Assembly (NCBI RefSeq): GCF_002113885.1
Contig: NW_018408896.1
Coordinates: forward strand, 124,001-188,000
DNA: 64,000 nt
DNA from: Mizuhopecten yessoensis
Taxonomy: Eukaryota
Direction of reading: 5' to 3'
The notes below the pieces were generated by a model that saw nothing but the letters and a program-made list of their open reading frames with translations, ran no database searches and had not been told where the DNA came from. The stretch's first letter is position 1. Each line of letters starts with the position of its first letter. This document shows positions 28,601 through 41,200 of the stretch, one piece after another. The translations under genes were made by a program, and so were the position numbers.

Positions 28601-31600
28601 AAAGGTTGCTACAGTTCTGTAAATCCAAAGGAATTGTTGTGGTCGCGTATTCTCCACTTGGGTCTGGTGATCGACCATTGTAAGTTTAATGATTGACAAT
28701 ATATTTCTTAACAATACTTGTTTCATAGGTACATAACGTCTTCAATATGACTCTTTTACAGTATCTGATCATAATAGTTTTTGTACTATCATATATGAAG
28801 TATTCCTTTTCATATTCATGGTATTGATAAATCAATAAAACGTTCCGAAGTCATTCGTACTTTCAAAATAAAGTTCTCGAAACGTTATTTGTATGAAGAA
28901 ATTTAAATCTCTAACTTTGGTGCATTGCTCCTCTTTAACACTGATATGCATGCCTTTTTGATTGACTGGTAGCGTAAAACCCGAAGATCCAGTATTACTT
29001 GAAGAACCAGAGATAGTAAAGATAGCAGCTCAATACAACAAGTCACCTGCCCAGGTATGTATAAATTGATGGCTTTACATGTATTTAGACAGTAACGAAT
29101 TATGTCTAACGGACTAAAATATGTACACTTAACATTAAGCTGTTTAAAGTAAAGTATATTGAGTAAAAAAGTCTAAAAAAATGACGCATTGTATTTCGAC
29201 ACGGTTTTGCATTTGCATTTGCTTTTTTAAAATCATTAAGTTAAATTACTTATGGTTGTCCTATGTTTAGATTTTACTTCGATGGGGTGTACAAAGAGGA
29301 TTTACCGTCATACCAAAGAGTGTGTCAGCAGCAAGAATGAATCAGAACTTTCAAGTAGGTATAAATTGTATTTTAACGTCGGGTATAATGCAAAATTTGT
29401 ATTAAATGACAACATGGCAATTCCTTAATAAACATTGGTTAATGAACGTCGTAAATAAAAATAATACTTCCACCTCACTCAAGACAGTTTTCAGTCAAAC
29501 GCTATTCTTAATGTTTTTTATCAATGAAAACATTGTATTGAAGGTTAAATGTTGTTACATTTATTCATAAACGAATCTATAGGTAATCATATTATATTAT
29601 TTCGTTCACTCATACATGATGTGAATTCGGACGTTAACGCAAAACTCAGACCGAAAGTGTTGAAAATAAATCTGTAAACATCTATTTTGCGAAAGAATTA
29701 TTTTAATCGGATTGGTAAATGTTCACAATTTTTGCCTAGAATTCAAAATATGAAGTCAAACTTTAAGTCTATGCACTGCCAATATTATTCTGAACTAAGG
29801 TTTCTATGAAAATGAATTATGATTGCCTTCCGCAGGGAAGTAACTCAAAGGCTTAACAATTTCTTTAAGTGGCTTTACCTTCTTTCCATAACGGATAATA
29901 TTCCCAAGTCAACAAAACAGCTATGAAGAGTGGATTTTTCTTCGTGGTAAAACTGTATAAGTTTATATACGCGAATATACAAGAAATTAAATATTAAATA
30001 AGAACATAAAAAAGCAACGAAGTGTTAAATCTACAATAACAATGTCAATTATGCTGATTATATTCCATTCGGTCTAGATCACGTATTTACAATTTGGGAT
30101 TATAATAATATTTTAACTCCACTATGGCTAAAGGTTATAATTATATAATTAGCAAAACATTGAGTATTGATGTAATCTAGGTTATGTAAGTTAATTTGAG
30201 ATCAATTCATGTAATTTATGCAATAATTTGTCATTAAATGTCACCTTCGGTGGCCATTTTCAACTTCAATTTGCTGTTGTGTTATCTTTGAGTTGAAGTA
30301 GCATAAAAGGACTTTAACCCTAGTAAAACCAAATCAAACTATCGCACACGTATCGTCGTACTGACGACAGAGAAAACAAACATAAACTGTTGGGTCGATG
30401 TTTGCTAATACTACCGTTGCCAGTGATTCCGTTTCACCTTGAGTGATGATGAAGTATCATAAATTTAGTCCAACGATAGAAATAAACTTATCGGTGTATT
30501 TAACGAAACAGAGTAAGCTTTACTAATTGACATAATGTCAACTTTCAACTACAGCTTTTTGACTTTGAACTGAACGATGATGAAATGAAAGTCATACACG
30601 GGATGAATCGGAATGCTCGATGTCGCACCTGGACCAACCAGAGGTACGATCCCTTTTTTAGTAAACTTTAATCATTCGGTAACAATTAATATTCGCATCC
30701 TAATACAGTACGCGTGTGTTGTGTAATAAACACCTACATCCTAATACAGCACGGGTTTGTTATGTAATTAACATCTACTTACTACAGTACGGGTGTGTTG
30801 TGTAATAAACACCTACATCCTAATACAGCACGGGCTTGTTGTGTAATTAACATCTACATACTAATACAGTACGGGTGTGTTGTGTAATAAACACCTACAT
30901 CCTAATACAGCACGGGTTTGTTGTGTAATAAACACTTACATTCAAATACAGCACGGGTTTGTTGTGTAATTAACATCTACATCCTAATACAGTACGGGTT
31001 AGTTGTGTAATTAACATCTACACACTAATACAGTAAGGGTGTGTTGTGTAATAAACACCTACATCCTAATACAGCACGGGTTTGTTATGTAATAAACACC
31101 TACATCCTAATACAGCATGGGTTTGTTATGTAATTAACACCTATATCCTAAAACAGCATGGGTTTGTTGTGTAATTAACATCTACATCCTAATATAGCAC
31201 GGGTATGTTGTGTAAAAAACACCTACATCCTAATACAGCACGGGTTTGTTATGTAATAAACACCTACAACCAAATACAGCACGGGTGTGTTGTGTAATTA
31301 ACATCTACATCCTAATCTAGCACGGGTTTGTTGTGTAATAAACACCTACATCCTAATACAGAACGGGTTTGTTGTGTAATAAACATCTACATCCTAATAC
31401 AGGACGGGTTTGTTGTGTAATAAACACCAACATCCTAATACAGCACGGGTTTGTTGTGTAATAAACATCTACATCCTAATATCACACGGGTGTGTTGTGT
31501 AATAAACACCTACATACTAATACAGAACGGGTTTATTGTGTAATTAACATCTACATCCTAATATCACACGGGTTTGTAGTGTAATAAACACCTACATCAT

Positions 31601-32264
31601 AATACAGCACGGGTTTTGTAGTGTAATAAACACCTACATACTAATACAGCACGGGTTTGTTGAGTAATTAACATCTACATCCTAATACAGCACGGGTTTG
31701 TTGTGTAATAAACACTTACATTCTAATACCGCACGGGTTTGTTGTGTAATTAACATTTTTTGTAGTTTGTAGTTAGTGTTGTGATTGGCTGAATGACAAA
31801 AGTGAAAAATATCACCTTTATAGAATGAATGATTATCAATAGTTCACTGGTAAAAATGCAATCAAATGTTTGTCATTTTTTTTGACAAATGAAAAATTGG
31901 ATATCTCATACGAATCGTTATAAATGAATAATTCAGCACACACTATTATTTTACGACTTTTAAAGAAGGATGTCTAGAATTCAAGATAATTCAAAGGTTA
32001 CTCTTATTCAAAAGTAAGTAATGTGTCATTTTAATCAAGCTGAAAATAAAATTCGTTAACTTGTTGAAACATTGCAAAACTGAATACCTTACTTAATCTC
32101 AAAATATACGTGAATCACTGAGAATAGGAGTTCTTAAAAAGATGTTATCTTTTACATTAGAAAGTGACTTAGCTACTGTCACACTATACGTACATTTACT
32201 TAATTTCTTGTTTCTTTTCAGTTCCACACACAGCCCCTACTATCCTTTCCATGAGGAGTTTTAG
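25693..32264 (+). CDS. AKR1B1-like: Aldo-keto reductase family 1 (aldose reductase-like), gene 3, 10 exons, 319 aa
   Basis: Exons 25693-25764, 26427-26594, 27013-27129, 27493-27570, 28259-28378, 28573-28679, 28973-29054, 29271-29354, 30555-30643, 32222-32264. All GT-AG, 960 nt in frame. Tetrad intact; GLGTA replaces GLGTW. Confidence 0.92.
30696..31756. repeat. 41-bp minisatellite, ~26 copies, in gene 3 intron 9
   Basis: Consensus CATCCTAATACAGCACGGGTTTGTTGTGTAATAAACACCTA, repeated head-to-tail with no spacers. Confidence 0.95.
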
Positions 32265-32952
32265 GAAAAGACACCAATCATGAAATACATACCCATTGGT
32301 CAACGAATTGTGTTTATTTTTGTATACATTTATTTTATAATTCAATTCATTATACTGATGAATGTTATTTGACATTTGCTTTCAACTCTATCAAAAGAAG
32401 TTTGATGTGTTTAAAACCATTATTTCCTAGTGTTGCCGAATAGCTTTGTTGATTAGATTGTTGCAGACACAAATAAAATATCAGAAATGACATGAATTGT
32501 GTTACTCTATTTTACGTATTAGAAAAGGTATCGAATTTTATACGAAACTACAGAAATAAGAACTCAGGGCAAGTCAAAACAAAAGAAAAACAAATAATAC
32601 TCTCTTCAAACAAAATACCCCTGTTAAAATAGACCTGCCGTATTCCACCAGGTGCGACTGATGTGTGATCCCCTACATAATCGGGGTTTTCTCTAGGAGT
32701 TAGCCTTGTCGACACGAAGACACCACAATGATATGTGGTCCTCATCGCAACACTTTGGATACATATACATATAAAAAAATCTGTTTTCACGTCCATCCCC
32801 CTTTTTTAAACGGTGTCTCATAAGGCAGCTGTCTTCGCAGGACCTTATCAGTTGCGAGGACGCTAAACCCATGCAAACAAACTAAAATCTTCAACCTGCA
32901 AGTACCCCAATTTTGGAACATGAACTAAAAATAACAAAACGAAATATAACAT

Positions 32953-34449
32953 TTCATTTCAAATCAATTTTATTGTATTAAAAAAACCACAATTGGATTA
33001 GGCACAGGCATTGCCTATAAAAGCCCTTTCCAGAGAAAATACACACATTTCATATATTCATATAACACATTGTAATATAATTTTTAGTATAGTTTAAGCT
33101 AAAATCTTCCAGATTTGTCAATAAACTCCAGAACACATGAGAGAATAAATTTATTTGATTCACTGCTAAGGTTCATATCACCCTTAGTGAAAGTAACAGT
33201 ATTTAAGATGATGTTGTCAATTTCGTTGTAATTAGAAAACGCATTGAATAAAACTTGTATTTCATCTATATATTGTGGGCAATTGAGGAAGAAGTGATTT
33301 GCATCTTCAATAATAAAACCACAGTCACACTTAGGGTTATCTGTAAGATGATCATTATATAAATCTGATTTTAATTGGCTGACTTTATTCCGTAGTTGAC
33401 ATAATGTTATATTCAACTTCCTGGAGCCACCGTATTTAAATATATCCGTACAGTTAGATGGTTGCAAAACATATGTGCTTTCCTTAAGTAATTCCAGTTT
33501 TAACTGGCTCAATGAAGTGAGTTTTGGAATAATACAGTCTGGCCTATTCCATAGAGACATTATTCTAGGAAAAAAGCTAATTTTATACAAGTTGGTTCTG
33601 AACAAGGGAACAATAAAGTTTCTATGATGTCTAAGGCGAGGATTAATATCATTATTAAAATATGGTAAGATACAATCATAAAGATGGACAGGACAGTCAT
33701 GCTGCAGTATCTTGAAAAATAATATACATTGGTAATTATCACGTCTTATTTTTAGTTTATCTACACCAACTTCCTTATATATTAAGTTATGACTTGTACC
33801 TCTTTTCAAACCTGATATAATTCTGAGACATTCTAATTGGACTGATTCCGATAAGTCACTTTCACCCTGGGTGCAATTATTCCACACAGCACAAGCATAT
33901 TCAAGTGTTGGTCTTATAAAAGATGTATAAATTATTTCAAGAGATTTTCTATCTAGCTTGTGTTTGAGCATTCGCATTATTTGTATTTTTGTACAGCTTT
34001 TTCCATATATATAATAAACTTGATCAGACCATGATCCACGACTATTAAAAAGCAAACCAAGATGTTTATGATTTTTGACATTTATAACGACACTATTTGA
34101 GAATACCAAATCTGGATGAGATGTCTCAGAATTATTTTTATTAGACATTAGTAATGATTCAGTTTTACTTGGATTAAATGATATTCCCCATTTATCAGCC
34201 CAGAGAGACATTCTCCTTAAATCCTCATTAAGAATATCTGCAGCATGTCGGCCATCACCATCTATCAAAACGTAAAGAGAAGTGTCATCAGCAAAGAGTT
34301 TGACATGGGATTGGAGTTCACCTTCTAGGTCATTAATAAATATTAAAAATAAATAAAGCCCGAGAACCGAGCCTTGGGGTACACCAGCTTTTAATGTTTG
34401 TAAATTTGACTTGTAGCCATCTACTAATACCCTTTGTTGTCTATCAGTA
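32953..34449 (-). mobile_element. 5'-truncated CR1-group LINE with an 11-bp target site duplication
   Basis: RT motifs GVPQGSVLG, LFADD, KHLG, IRPTLEYAC and a C-terminal CxC..HFF.C. 3' AATAAA followed by a GAAAT-type tail. TSD AAATATAACAT at 32942-32952 and 34450-34460. Empty paralogous sites at ~24482 and ~44450. Confidence 0.9.
33099..34449 (-). CDS. Non-LTR retrotransposon ORF2 fragment (reverse transcriptase and C-terminal region), 5'-truncated
   Basis: About 450 open codons. The first few residues of the listed ORF (MGAML) come from flanking DNA/TSD. Confidence 0.8.
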
Positions 34450-35263
34450 AAATATAACATAGCACCCATCGTGTTGTCTCATTCTAAATATAGGGATGTG
34501 TATATATCACAAGCAATCCGAGAAACCATGAAAGCGTTTTGTAAACGTGCATCGAAGGCTCCTGTATAAGTACTGTCACTCAGTAGTCCATTATTAACAA
34601 AGTACGGAGTACCAAATCAATTTTCTCATCTAGACTCTATGAACTGTAAAGACTAAATATGGTGAGAGTGATTAAAGGATATCTAACGGTCACAATGTCT
34701 TTATTATCAAATAATTGATGTCGTCAGCCTTTCTCTCCTTCCTTGTGTAAATGCTAACTCAGATCTAGTAGACGTGGGGTGCAGTATTATAACCCTGACT
34801 TTTAAACTATTTACGATACAGCCATCAGTTCAAACATAATAAAATAGATAACTAAGTAAAGAATAGTTTCGCAACTGTTTCCTTTCATGATAAACAATAC
34901 AACTTAAATGTTATCCGTTGCTGACAAAAATGCAAACTTGTAATGTGAAGAGGACATGCGTGATTCATATACCAACTTATACAACAATTACGTTAAGTAA
35001 ATATTGTGATGCTTCAATTATATGTATATTTCTTCACCATAAAGGAACGTAAACTGCATTTTACAATTATATAGTTTTATATTATTAATAATATAACCTT
35101 TACAAACAGAAATAGTTTACCTGAGATGTCACCAATCTTATACACGACAGGAAGATGCCGATTAAATTCGATATGACACTTACAATTATTTGTACAGAAG
35201 ATCAATCAGACCACGTATTCTTAGGGGCGACATCTTGTTTATTGATCTACATCAACAACCGTC

Positions 35264-38200
35264 ATGGCAGCTATACCGGAACAGACGTTACTCAGTGGGT
35301 ATAGGGTACCATGTGTTGGTCTGGGCACTTGGAAGGTAAGTTGTCAAAGAAAGCTTAAATTGTTTAAGTAATTAATTATGGTATGATGCATATAGAAATA
35401 GAAAGTCAAGATATACGCCAGATACTACGTTTGTGTAACCACCAGATACCCAACAACACTGATACACGTGTGTAATATATATATATAAGTACGTGCGCCA
35501 GATGTGTACATATTCAATACCAACGTATTTATCTGGTTGAGATTTTTGATTCAGCTTTTACTCAGACACTTTATCATTATTATTACTATTATTAGCTCAG
35601 ATGTAATTTTAGAAGGAATAACCAATTTCCTCCACGAACAAAATTATTTGCGAATTTCGACCCCGTACACTTACGTTATACAGTACCGTCCTTAACTTTC
35701 TTTGTCTAAAAATCCTTCACAATCAAATCATCTTTGTACTATAAAAGGACAAAGATAGGCAAATTAACTGAATTGATTGTTTGATATATTGGCTAACTGT
35801 CCCTTAAATATTATAATACATGTATGTCAATATACATTAAACAATATAATATCGAACATTTATGTATATTAATTAACCTTCCCAACTTTCAGTCAAAGCC
35901 TGGAGAAGCAGGGGCAGCTGTGAAGACCGCGATAGGACTTGGATACCGGCATTTTGATTGTGCGCTCATCTATAGAAATGAAAAGGACATCGGACAGGCA
36001 ATTACAGAAATAATTGATGAAGGAATTGTCAAACGTGAGGACTTGTTCATCACAACAAAGGTATTATAAGAAACCTTATATCGGTCAATTAGGATGCCGA
36101 CAGTTAATCTCGTTTACATCTCAAATAACAGAAACAATGCCTAAAGTTACATTTGGCCATAACCTTCCATTTATTTTGTGTAGTTGTGTATCAAAATAAT
36201 ATTAATTACAAATAAAATAATTATATCCTATTTACATCTAAAGTCATTGTAGGACGTGCCTCCGTTTGTGCAATGCATGTGTCCATGTGTGTATGTATGC
36301 TGGATGCGTTATTTTGTGTATTTACCTCCTTACTTAAGCGCGGATCCGATGCCGACTTCATAGTGTTAACTCCCTGAAATATAGAAGGTATCCAAAACAG
36401 GATTCTAACCAGTCCCTTAAATAAATCTGTAAACAACAATATAAATCGGAACAGACCTCTCTTATTTTCCGAATTCTAAAGCAATATCGTGGTGAGTTTT
36501 TGCATTCTAGCCTCCCCAATACCATGCAGTTATTGGTTTATATGTAATATTTGAACAGAACATGAACACAAGTTCAATTAAAAACAAGCAGTTCTCTCCA
36601 GACTGTTGTATCCATCCAGAACCTTTAACTATTTTTGTTTTTGTTTTAAATTAAGTGTTAAATCACCTAGTTGTTGTTTTAAATGGGATCTGGTGAATGC
36701 TAAAGAAGACAATATCACTACGTCTTCATTCATGTTTCAGTGGGTTGTAAATATAAGTCGTACCAGGACCTTGCAGCTGCTTTGCATAGATACAGGATGC
36801 TTGCTTTCTACCTACAGTAGAATAGCATTCACCAGTATGCTGCAAACATAATGCTACGGACGATACTCGTTCGACTTCAGTGCTAGCTTAAGACGACTAC
36901 GAATTCGCTGAACACATTTTAAATCATCCTGATCATTTTTCATTGTAGGCATTCATGGAAAAATCATAACGTTTTTAAACTGGAAAAGTAATGACAACGC
37001 TTAACAGTTTGTAAAATCATTAAATATTGTAAAATTTACGTACATATCAGTTTGATTATTTTGTTAAATAGAGGATTTTCAAGGATTCTTGACAAATGCA
37101 TAGTTAGAATTCAGGAGCGGGATGGATATTTTCATATTTTTCAAAAGTGAAAAACGTGAAAATAATCAACCCATGATTTTTGTTTGTTTGATTGGTCGGT
37201 TGAGAAAAATTAAGAAGAGTCATTTATTTCACTGTAGAAATGTACCAAGAAATGCACCTAAAAATTACGAAATTGTTTAAGAAAAACATTGTTTTTTACA
37301 AACATAATTTTCAGCTGTGGAACACCCACCACAGCAAGGCCCGAGTGCTGGAGGGGTGTAAGGAGTCCCTGGCAAACCTCGGCCTTGACTACATTGATCT
37401 GTACCTCATGCACTGGCCAATTGCTACGAGGGTAAGACTTACGAAGTAATATATTGGTTCCACAAAAAGGTGCATGCATTACGTAATCAATGTACATCAA
37501 TATACGCTGAATTTTATTCAGGTCCATTAAAGCCATTCATGCATGTCTAATATAGCTAACCATTCATGCATGTCTAATATAGCTAACCATTCATGCATGT
37601 CTAATATAACTAATTTGTTTAGAATTATTTGATTTCTGGTAAACTAAGAATAGGTAAGATTTCTTGACCGGTGCGTAAAAGTAAAATGCTGTTATGCGAT
37701 TTTGTAATAGAAAAATATTTCGTTAATGCAATAAATACACTAACGTCAAACGAAAGTGTTTCTCTCAAGGCAAATACAAAACATCGTTAACATTTATTTT
37801 TTCTTCATCGTTACGTTTGATAAACTCATTCACTATCGCCCCGTACTTGCAGTGGTCTAACTTTACATGTTGATATTATTTCTGTGTCATCTTAAATCAA
37901 TGCTGGCGATTACTTGATACTTTTGACTTTCTACTGAATATATCATTCGATATAATGATCAATTGCATTGCACCCTTTTGCAATAGTGTACGCTTATCAC
38001 TGTCCATGCTGTTTGTTTCATTCACATAAGAATGATATACAAAGCTTTTATACAGTTGTGCCATATTGTTTGAACTATTCCTAGAATTATTATTAACACT
38101 ATTAAAAGTCGTTTAGCAATTGTTCAGTTCTAAAATGTTGGTAGTAAAGCATTTTCAAACCTAACATGTTGTCTGCTCGCTAGTTACAATTCGGAAAAAC

Positions 38201-41200
38201 AACCTTGCATCGCTCTCAGTCCAACAGAAGCTCATTTTAGAATTTCACTATATTATTCAATTATTTTCAGGATATTGATGGATTATACCCAAAAACACCT
38301 GATGGCAAGATTGATGTTGTCGATATAGACTTCATAGAAACGTGGACAGTAAGAACATCTAAATGTTATATGTCATATATACAAACTTACACGATACGAC
38401 AAGTTCGTGCCATTTGCATTGACATTACTTGGCAGCTTTTATGATTTAATTTTAATTGATCAAAATCCTTACTTAATGCTGAGATTTAATATTATTTTCA
38501 ATAAGCAAACTAAAAATTTGAAAAACTTTTAAATGTGAATCTGACATCATTTGGAAGAAATATGTAGCCTAAATCAAAATAGTGTTTGCTCTATATTGTC
38601 AATGCTCTCCTTTCGTAACAGGCCATGCAGACTTTGGTTGACCAGGGTATGTGTAGATCTATAGGTGTATCCAATTTCAATTCTAAGCAAATCCAGAGGA
38701 TTATAGATATTGGTTTTAAACATCCACTGACTTGTAACCAGGTATGTATGAAAACATGTTTATTGAAATAATAAATTTAAATAAGTTTTCTCCGGCTTTA
38801 TAAACAGTGGTTATAAATACGACAAATATACAATTGTATTAGCCTGCATGACTAATATTTCTATATAATGATTCAGCGACTATTACGACTTCAATTTCAG
38901 ATCGAAATATCTCCATATTATTCCAACGAAAGGTTGATACAGTTCTGTCAATCCAAAGGAATTGTCGTAGTGGCGTATTCTCCTTTGGGGTCTCCTCAGC
39001 GGCCATGGTAAGTTTCAAGGTTGGCAATTTATTTTTAAGCAATACGTAATTGATGTGTATATAACGTGTACAATATGCTTTTATAAAATCAGTAATAGCT
39101 CATAATTATTATATATGAAATACTTCTTGTCATAATCCTGGTATTGATATATAAATGATAAATTTATATTTCATTCGTACTTTCAGAATAAAGTTCACGA
39201 AACGTTATTTGTTTAAATATATGTATATCCGAGACATTGTTGTACTGTTCCTCTTAGACAATGATAAACATAGTTTCTTGTTTAACGATTAGGGCGAAAC
39301 CCGACGATCCTAAGTTACTAGAAGAACCAGAGATAGTAAAGACAGCAGCTCAATACAACAAGTCACCTGCTCAGGTATGTATAAGATGATGGCTTTACAT
39401 GTATTTAGACAGTAACGAATTTCCTCATACGGACTAAAATATGTACACTTTTTTTATATATATATATACATTTAATAACCCAGGCATGCATACATCATTC
39501 GTGGGTTGTCTGGGGATGGGCTGCCCCAGCTACAACCCACAATACATGAAACACTCTCTTTTTTCTTTCTTCACAAAACAACACTTGTTCATTTCTTTCG
39601 CTTTCACTTTTTCACACTCTCATACTGTAATTTCTTCTTTTTTATCTCACCTTGTTACACTCTCGTACAAACCGTCCTCACACGGAGGTAACAAAAAACA
39701 ATTAACACGGAAAAATATGTACACTTAACATTAAGCTGTTTTTAAGAAGAGACATAAACGGGTAGAAAATTGTTTTGGTATTGACTCTTTATTGTTGTGC
39801 TGTATATCGCTGTTATAGGTCAATGGTTGAAGTTTCAAACAGTGGCAAATGTTCAGTACTCTCAAATGAAGTTTTATGCGACATTGACCGCCACTGTTAT
39901 CTCTTTTGAACAGTGGCATGGTTCATAATATAGACTTTACAGATAATTTCATTTGAAAATACCAGTCCTTCTCTAAACATGTTAATTGATAATTAAAGGG
40001 TTTCACGCACCTGCCCCTCTACTTCTCCAACCTTTTGGCCCCTACATATACCATACGAAACAGCTGTATGATGCAGTAGCATTTTATTTATTTTTTGCAT
40101 ACTGTATCTTGTACAAAAAATGTAAGGTGCAATCACTTAAAATAATGTATAAAGGAGGTAAAATTAACTGTGAAACATAACATTTCGACATAGTTTTTCA
40201 TTTCATGTCGACTTCCTTTTGAATCTTTATTTTAAAGTTAACAAGTTTTTCTGATGTTAAGGTTGTACTTCGATGGGGTGTTCAAAGAGGATATATGGTC
40301 ATACCGAAGAGCGTGTCTGCAGCAAGAATGACACAAAACATTGAAGTAGGTATACATGTATTTCAATATCGGGTATAATGTAAATTTTACATTAATCGAC
40401 AAAATATAAGCTTCGTATATAAACAATATCTTCATAAACATTGATCATACATCTTACTTATAAATGTTTTCAGTAGCATTATCTTATTAACTTTTAGTAT
40501 TATCGAAAGTACTATATATTACGTACATGTTATACATGTAGGTTCAATATTTCGTTATTTATTCAGACACGAATCTAGAGGCAATAGTATATTTAATATT
40601 TCATTAACTCATTCATTTAATCGAATTTTAGCACAAAACTCAGACCGAAAATGTAAATAACAAGAATTGATTAAGATCAAAACACGGGATTTCCAACAGG
40701 AAAATGATCAAAGATATGTTCTCGGACTGACGATCGCTTCCCTTCGCTTCCCTTCTTTGACAAAACTTACCATAGGGTCAAGTTATTTCTGAACAGTCAG
40801 CATTGATAGAAAGCTGTTTAGTGTTTCTTTCGTCCGTCCCCCTTACCTTTGTGGGAACCTTATTACCTTTGTGGGGAAGTTATTTACTTGAGGTAGCTGT
40901 GAATGACAGCTCTGTTATTTGGACCCAGCGACACCAAATCCCAGTACACACAGTGATAGTCCTGGGGCAATGGTGAATGACAGCTCTGTTATTTGGACAC
41001 CAAACAACAGTAGGTATGATGATAGGTACACAGACAATGGTGATTGACAGCTCTGTTAATTGGACCGAGCAACACCTAAGTCCAGGACGGACAATGTCTC
41101 ATAATATTGTAGACAATTTGGTAAAAGAGGTTGAGTTATTTCCCTTTGTACAGTTTGACGAAAGTATTTCGACCATTCTTTAAGAAATAATCTGTCCTTT

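Noticed and set aside
30696-31756. CRISPR-like array
   Set aside because: The 41-bp units are contiguous with no unique spacers, there are no cas genes, and the array lies in a spliceosomal intron; it is a minisatellite.
34754-34765. Antioxidant response element-like TGAGTTAGCA (minus strand) upstream of gene 4
   Set aside because: Not conserved at the paralogous positions upstream of genes 5 and 6; a short motif like this is expected by chance.
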